Assembly: GCA_000146045.2 (NCBI GenBank) | Contig: BK006944.2 | Location: forward strand, 602,817-666,816 | Source: TPA_inf: Saccharomyces | Lineage: Eukaryota | Direction: 5' to 3' | Length of the DNA stretch: 64,000 bases | Shown: positions 58,626 to 64,000 of the stretch, piece by piece | Numbering within the stretch: position 1 is the stretch's first letter | Layout: each line of letters begins with the position of its first letter | Translations under genes and position numbers: made by a program | The notes under the pieces: generated by a model | The model's input: only the letters and a program-made list of their open reading frames with translations | Told to the model about the DNA's origin: nothing | The model's database searches: none

Positions 58626-60473
58626 ATGAGTTCTAGTGTTGTTGGTGCCTCAAGTAATAAAAAAAGTGGAATTAGGCAGTCCTGTGAGATTATTGAGCGA
58701 GAACGTCACTCAAACGATGACACGTACTCTATGACATCGACCTTTTTTAAGCTCAAAGAAAACGAAATTATGTCTGCACAGTTTGATTCCTTGAAATATA
58801 AAATTCTACTGATAAGTACCGCGTTTGTATGTGGGTTTGGAATTAGTTTAGACTACACACTTAGATCGACCTATACGGGCTATGCAACGAACTCATATTC
58901 AGAACACTCCTTACTTTCAACTGTCCAAGTTATCAATGCTGTTGTGAGTGTCGGATCCCAAGTTGTCTACTCTAGACTCTCTGACCACTTCGGAAGACTA
59001 AGGCTTTTTTTAGTTGCAACTATTTTTTATATAATGGGAACCATCATTCAATCACAGGCGACCCGTCTCACCATGTATGCAGCAGGATCGGTTTTCTATA
59101 ACTGTGGATACGTCGGAACAAATCTGCTCCTGACATTAATACTCTCAGATTTCTCCTCCTTGAAATGGAGAATGTTTTACCAGTACGCCTCATATTGGCC
59201 ATATATCATAATACCATGGATTTCAGGCAATATTATCACAGCAGCAAATCCTCAGAAAAACTGGTCCTGGAATATTGCAATGTGGGCTTTTATTTACCCA
59301 CTCTCTACCTTGCCAATTATATTTCTTATTCTTTATATGAAGTACAAATCTTCAAAGACTGCTGAGTGGAGATCTCTCAAAGAACAGGCTAGAAAGGAAA
59401 GAACGGGCGGATTATTTGAGAATTTGGTGTTTCTATTCTGGAAACTCGATATTGTTGGCATATTATTAATAACTGTGTCGCTAGGGTGTATTCTTGTTCC
59501 TTTGACGTTGGCTAATGAGACATCACAAAAGTGGCACAATTCAAAAATAATTGCCACTTTAGTTTCAGGTGGCTGTTTATTTTTCATTTTTTTATATTGG
59601 GAGGCCAAATTTGCCAAATCTCCTCTTCTACCGTTCAAATTACTAAGTGATCGTGGAATTTGGGCACCCCTTGGTGTTACTTTTTTCAATTTTTTCACCT
59701 TTTTCATTTCGTGCGACTATCTGTATCCTGTTTTGCTGGTATCGATGAAAGAATCGTCCACTTCGGCTGCTCGGATAGTAAACCTTCCTGACTTTGTTGC
59801 TGCTACTGCATCTCCATTCTACAGTTTGTTGGTGGCAAAGACAAGGAAACTGAAACTTTCTGTAATCGGAGGTTGTGCTGCATGGATGGTGTGCATGGGC
59901 CTTTTTTACAAATACAGAGGAGGATCTGGGTCTCATGAAGGTGTTATCGCTGCATCTGTTATCATGGGTTTGAGCGGTCTCCTATGCAGCAATTCAGTGA
60001 TCGTCATACTGCAAGCCATGACTACGCATAGTAGGATGGCTGTAATAACCGGCATTCAGTATACCTTTTCAAAGCTAGGCGCTGCTATCGGTGCCTCCGT
60101 TTCTGGTGCCATATGGACACAAACCATGCCTAACCAACTCTACAAGAACCTTGGAAACGATACATTGGCAGAAATAGCATATGCATCACCTTATACATTC
60201 ATTAGTGATTATCCTTGGGGCTCACCGGAAAGAGATGCTGTGGTTGAATCTTACAGATATGTTCAACGAATAATAATGACGGTTGGCTTGGCATGTACGG
60301 TACCGTTCTTTACGTTTACAATGTTCATGAGAAACCCGGAACTAATAGACAAGGCGACACACGAAGAATTCACTGAAGATGGTTTGGTTGTCTTGCCAGA
60401 TGAGGAAAATATTTTCTCTCAAATCAAGGCACTTTTTAGACATAATCGAAGTAACAAGAAATCAGGATGTTGA
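58626..60473 (+). CDS. GEX2: MFS glutathione exchanger (ARN/siderophore-transporter-like clade)
   Basis: A 615-aa ORF with 12-14 TM segments. I recognise it as the chrXI-R paralogue of GEX1. It is arranged divergently with VBA5, sharing a roughly 1-kb promoter region. Confidence 0.82.
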
Positions 60474-60661
60474 TCCCCAAGCTGGTGAAAAAAGGGCAAA
60501 AAAAAAATGAAAGCAAAATCACAAAAAAGGCAAAAACAAGTGATTTCTACATTTTTATTACTTCCGATAAAAATGACATAACAGGATAGGATAAACATGC
60601 TCGATAGACCCACATTTGAACTTGCGACGCATATAGCTGTGTCGTACTTTTTATTTTCACA

Positions 60662-60720
60662 AGCGTCGGTAAAAACTCAGCGTCGGTAAAGACTCAGCGT
60701 CAGTAAAAGAGTCAGCGTCA
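60662..60720 (+). repeat. Small tandem repeat of about 3.5 copies of a 15-18-bp unit (CAGCGTCGGTAAAaaCT / CAGCGTCGGTAAAgaCT / CAGCGTCAGTAAAagagT / CAGCGTCA), about 190 bp 3' of GEX2
   Basis: Directly visible: aagcgtcggtaaaaactcagcgtcggtaaagactcagcgtcagtaaaagagtcagcgtca. Confidence 0.6.
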
Positions 60721-63087
60721 TTGATATTAAAAGTGCGGGAGGAGTTACTATCCAATAAATGATGCTGGAAATGCGCTCTGTATGAATGCATTAATTATGT
60801 TGTACCGAAAAAGAAAGAAAGAAAGAAAAAAAAGAATATCATGTAACTTCTAGTAAGGGCGTCATGTCATAGCACTTTTCTAAGTGTATGCCATTGTAAA
60901 TCATTCTAAGCGAAAAAAAGTGATATGTCTCCTGGTATTTTGTATTGTTGTCGTTACAAGTTGATGTGTTCCGTAGTGTGAGTGCAACATGCGATTTTGG
61001 TACCGCAAAAAAGGTACAGATCACATGGGCACAGATACAACAATTCTTTATGCCTGTATTGAGATCATAGTTTTCTTGGAGTCGGCAACAGTCTACGGGT
61101 GAACCCAATAATCCAGCAGTAAATCTACTAACCGAACATTGTGTCGGAATTTACACATTACTGATATAATTCGTCCCATTAAACTTGCTGCGAGTGATTT
61201 CCAAAACAAGTACTACATTGAGCGTGTTCAGCGTGCCCAAAAGAAATGGACTTGAAAATCTTGTTGAATTAACTGTATATCCTTTAAATTAGCTGCCACA
61301 ATGATAGCTACCTCCGCGATATATTGACGTTACTAACCTTTTGAGATTCTTCACCAATGTTGCAGCGTGATTTAATTTTGATGAAATCATTTTTGTTGAA
61401 AGAGTAGGATCCTGTACAGGCTGAAATATACTGTTCTTCAATATATCACTTATTTTAAATGATACAGCCATGTATTTTGGGGATATCAGAGATAATATCA
61501 TACCCGATTGAGCTGGAACTCCTAGGATTGTTGACAGATGTCGACTATGGCTCCTTACTAACAGAGTATGGTTGTGAAGCTAATACAGATAATGTCTCAC
61601 TCGTGCAGTCACATCTCCATTGAAAGCTGTGGAGTTTTTCCAGACACCAGTAGCAGCGCCAATGGCAGCACTACAGCGAAAGTTGAACTCATAGCACATC
61701 CCTGAATCGTGGACAGTTAATGTATGTTGTTGTGACTCAGACGATAACGATAAGCCTCAAAAAGTTGTGTCCTCTCATCATCCTCGAGCACCAGTATATC
61801 ATAAGCAAAGAATCTTCGATAATGATTTGGAAAAAAAGCGAAAGCGAAGCCAATGTGTTTTATTACTGCTGCATTACTGAAGAGATATAAGAAGCGCTAA
61901 CTCAATTACAAGAGCACATAACGGAATTAATCCTGCGAAACAGAACAGTAATTGACACCCTTATAGTAGCCTTTTTTAACAGTTAATTATGGAAAACTGA
62001 GTTTGAAATTCAATGTTAACGCAAGTTTCTGTTATTTTTGCGAATCTAGACGGTCTCAACGAGACGATATGCTCTAAGATTCTACTTCTCTGCGGATGAT
62101 TCTTTCGGTTATCGATGCCCTTTACCAAGGCCTCTCATACCATAGTATCAGAAGAGCAATGCATATTCATTCATAGATATAATGTGATATGGAGAGCAAT
62201 AATTAAATTTATGCGAGAAAAATGTGTTCAATATAAGAATATTGAAAAAAATATTAAAATGAAAATTGAAAAAGGCCTCTTTGATACACACAAATAATGC
62301 CATCTCTTCCAGTAAAAGATAAGTAAGATAAACTGGCTATGTTATGCTGTCTGTTTATATGTTGATACAAGGAATTAAGATCTATCTTATATGCCTTAGC
62401 GTAGCGCAAGAATTGAACATTTCTATATAAAATAAGTATAAGACACGTAGGGTTACTACTTCTCTGTGTGCATATACCTGTGTTACGGTATTGCATGCGA
62501 GATGGGGCTAGACGAGACCGTAGGGACATATAGCACCTTAGAAATAACCTTGTATGAAATCTTTCATTATTTCCTGTTTAGACACTTGCGTCAAGGTATT
62601 TTTTTTATCGTGGTGTTGAATGTGGTAACCCAATAGCATAATATGAGTAATGCTTTAGTATTGTTTCAGAGCTGTTTTAGATAAAGAAAACATATAGTAG
62701 CAAACCTCTAATCCGGTAGTACTTAAGAAACTATAGTTTCTATGTACAAAACGGTAACTATGTAATTCTTACATTTACATAACATGTAGAAGAATCCAAT
62801 AAACTTACTACAATATGACATATAAGCTAGATCGTAATTCATTACGTCAACATACCGTAAAATTATTTGGCGTTTCGTTAACTCCTACAAAAACAACAAA
62901 CCTATCACCGTATCGTCTTCTTTAGATATAGTCTCTTCGTATGAGTAGTGTCACATACAAGATTAAAGATGCATTAGTTATGCTTTTAGGATATTGCGGT
63001 TAGCATATGGGAATAGAAATAGGATGCCATTGTATCATAGCACCTGCATGAGTGCGAGCCACTACCATATTGTTTCTCGGTGAATAA

Positions 63088-63550
63088 AGAGTGTGTTTAT
63101 GTATTATTGTCGAAAGATAGAATATTTTTATGTTTAGGTGATTTTGGTGGTGATTTTTTGGTTATATTAACATAAGTGTATATAAATTGAGTGGTTAGTA
63201 TATGGTGTAAAAGTGGTATAACGTATGTATTAAGAGCATTTATACGATATTTGGGCCCGCCGAATGAGATATAGATATTAAAATGTGGATAATCGTGGGA
63301 ATTATGCGTAAATGGCACAGGGTATAGACCGCTGAGGCAAGTGCCGTGCATAATGATGTGGGTGCATTTGGTACTGATTTAATGAGAATGGGCCATGGAT
63401 TGGAGTGTGAGAGTAGGGTAAGTTTGAGAGTGGTATATACTGTAGCATCCGTGTGCGTATGACCGATCAGAATACAAGTGAGGATGGCTATGGCATGTGG
63501 TAGTGGGATTAGAGTGGTAGGGTAAGTATGTATGTATTATTTACGATCAT
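63088..63550 (+). repeat. Subtelomeric core X element (approximate bounds)
   Basis: Its position is immediately internal to the short G-rich combinatorial repeats and the terminal TG1-3 tract. It contains a perfect ARS consensus at its centromere-proximal end and has GT-rich degenerate character. The boundaries are estimated from the typical core X length of about 470 bp, not from alignment. Confidence 0.45.
63126..63136 (+). promoter_or_regulatory. ARS consensus sequence (ACS) TTTTATGTTTA within core X
   Basis: A perfect 11/11 match to WTTTAYRTTTW. Core X elements characteristically carry an ACS. Confidence 0.5.
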
Positions 63551-63788
63551 TTGTTAACGTTTCATATGGTGGGTAGAACAACAGTATGGTGAGTAACAGA
63601 TGGCTGATGGTAGGGTAATGGCAGGGTAAGTGGTGGAGTTGGATATGGGTAATTGGAGGGTAACGGTTATGATGGATGGTGGTTGGGATTGGTAGGGTTG
63701 AATGGCACAGGGTAACGAATGATGAGTTGGGTAATGGAGGTGTAAGTTGTGAGACAGGTTCATCAGGGTTGGAGTAGGGTAGTGTTAG
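63551..63788 (+). repeat. X-element combinatorial (STR-type) repeats. G-rich short repeats with TTAGGG Tbf1-type sites.
   Basis: Repeated motifs GGTAGGGTAA, TGGCAGGGTAAG, GGAGGGTAACGG and GTTAGGGTT lie immediately proximal to the terminal TG1-3 tract. Confidence 0.4.
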
Positions 63789-64000
63789 GGTTGTGGGTGT
63801 GTGGGTGTGGTGTGGGTGTGGTGTGGGTGTGGGTGTGGTGTGGGTGTGGTGTGGGTGTGGTGTGGGTGTGTGGGTGTGGTGTGTGGGTGTGTGGTGTGTG
63901 GGTGTGTGTGGGTGTGGTGTGTGTGGGTGTGGTGTGTGTGGGTGTGGTGTGTGTGTGTGTGGGTGTGGTGTGTGTGTGGGTGTGGGTGTGGTGTGTGTGT
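63789..64000 (+). repeat. Terminal telomeric TG(1-3) repeat tract, G-rich strand 5'->3' toward the chromosome end (right telomere)
   Basis: More than 200 nt of irregular (TG)1-6 TG2-3 repeats (GTGTGGGTGTGGTGTGGGTG...) run to the window end. This is diagnostic of the S. cerevisiae telomerase product. Confidence 0.95.

Noticed and set aside
63554-63763. A 69-aa ORF on the minus strand near the chromosome end
   Set aside because: It lies wholly within G-rich X-element combinatorial repeats. Its Pro/Thr/His-rich translation is a compositional artefact.

Overview
This window is recognisably the right-terminal ~64 kb of Saccharomyces cerevisiae chromosome XI. The translated ORFs match well-known yeast proteins in their known order: OMA1, TVP38, TGL4, PXL1, SRL3, SRP40, PTR2, RPL40B, MLP1, PCC1, ESL2, PCK1, UBP11, BAS1, SKG1, SIR1, FLO10, NFT1 (split by an in-frame stop), VBA5 and GEX2. 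The window ends in a subtelomeric X element and a terminal TG1-3 telomere-repeat tract. Gene density is about one gene per 2.5 kb over the first 40 kb and drops in the last 24 kb, which holds long ORF-free intergenic stretches around FLO10, a subtelomeric duplicated transporter pair and the chromosome end. Two genes are missing from the six-frame ORF track because they are spliced: RPL40B has an 8-nt first exon, and PCC1 has a 38-nt first exon. I found no tRNA genes, Ty/LTR elements or prokaryote-type systems such as CRISPR or operons. I do not see a previously undescribed system here. The observations worth a second look are the FLO10 intragenic minisatellite and its 3.9-kb ORF-free upstream region, the in-frame nonsense codon splitting an otherwise intact ABCC transporter, the subtelomeric VBA5-GEX2 block, low-complexity tracts (SRP40, ESL2 poly-Asn, UBP11 His8), a small minisatellite 3' of GEX2, and long poly(dA:dT) promoter tracts. 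Gene names come from my recognition of protein sequences and motifs (established knowledge), not from a database search. All coordinates are read from the window.
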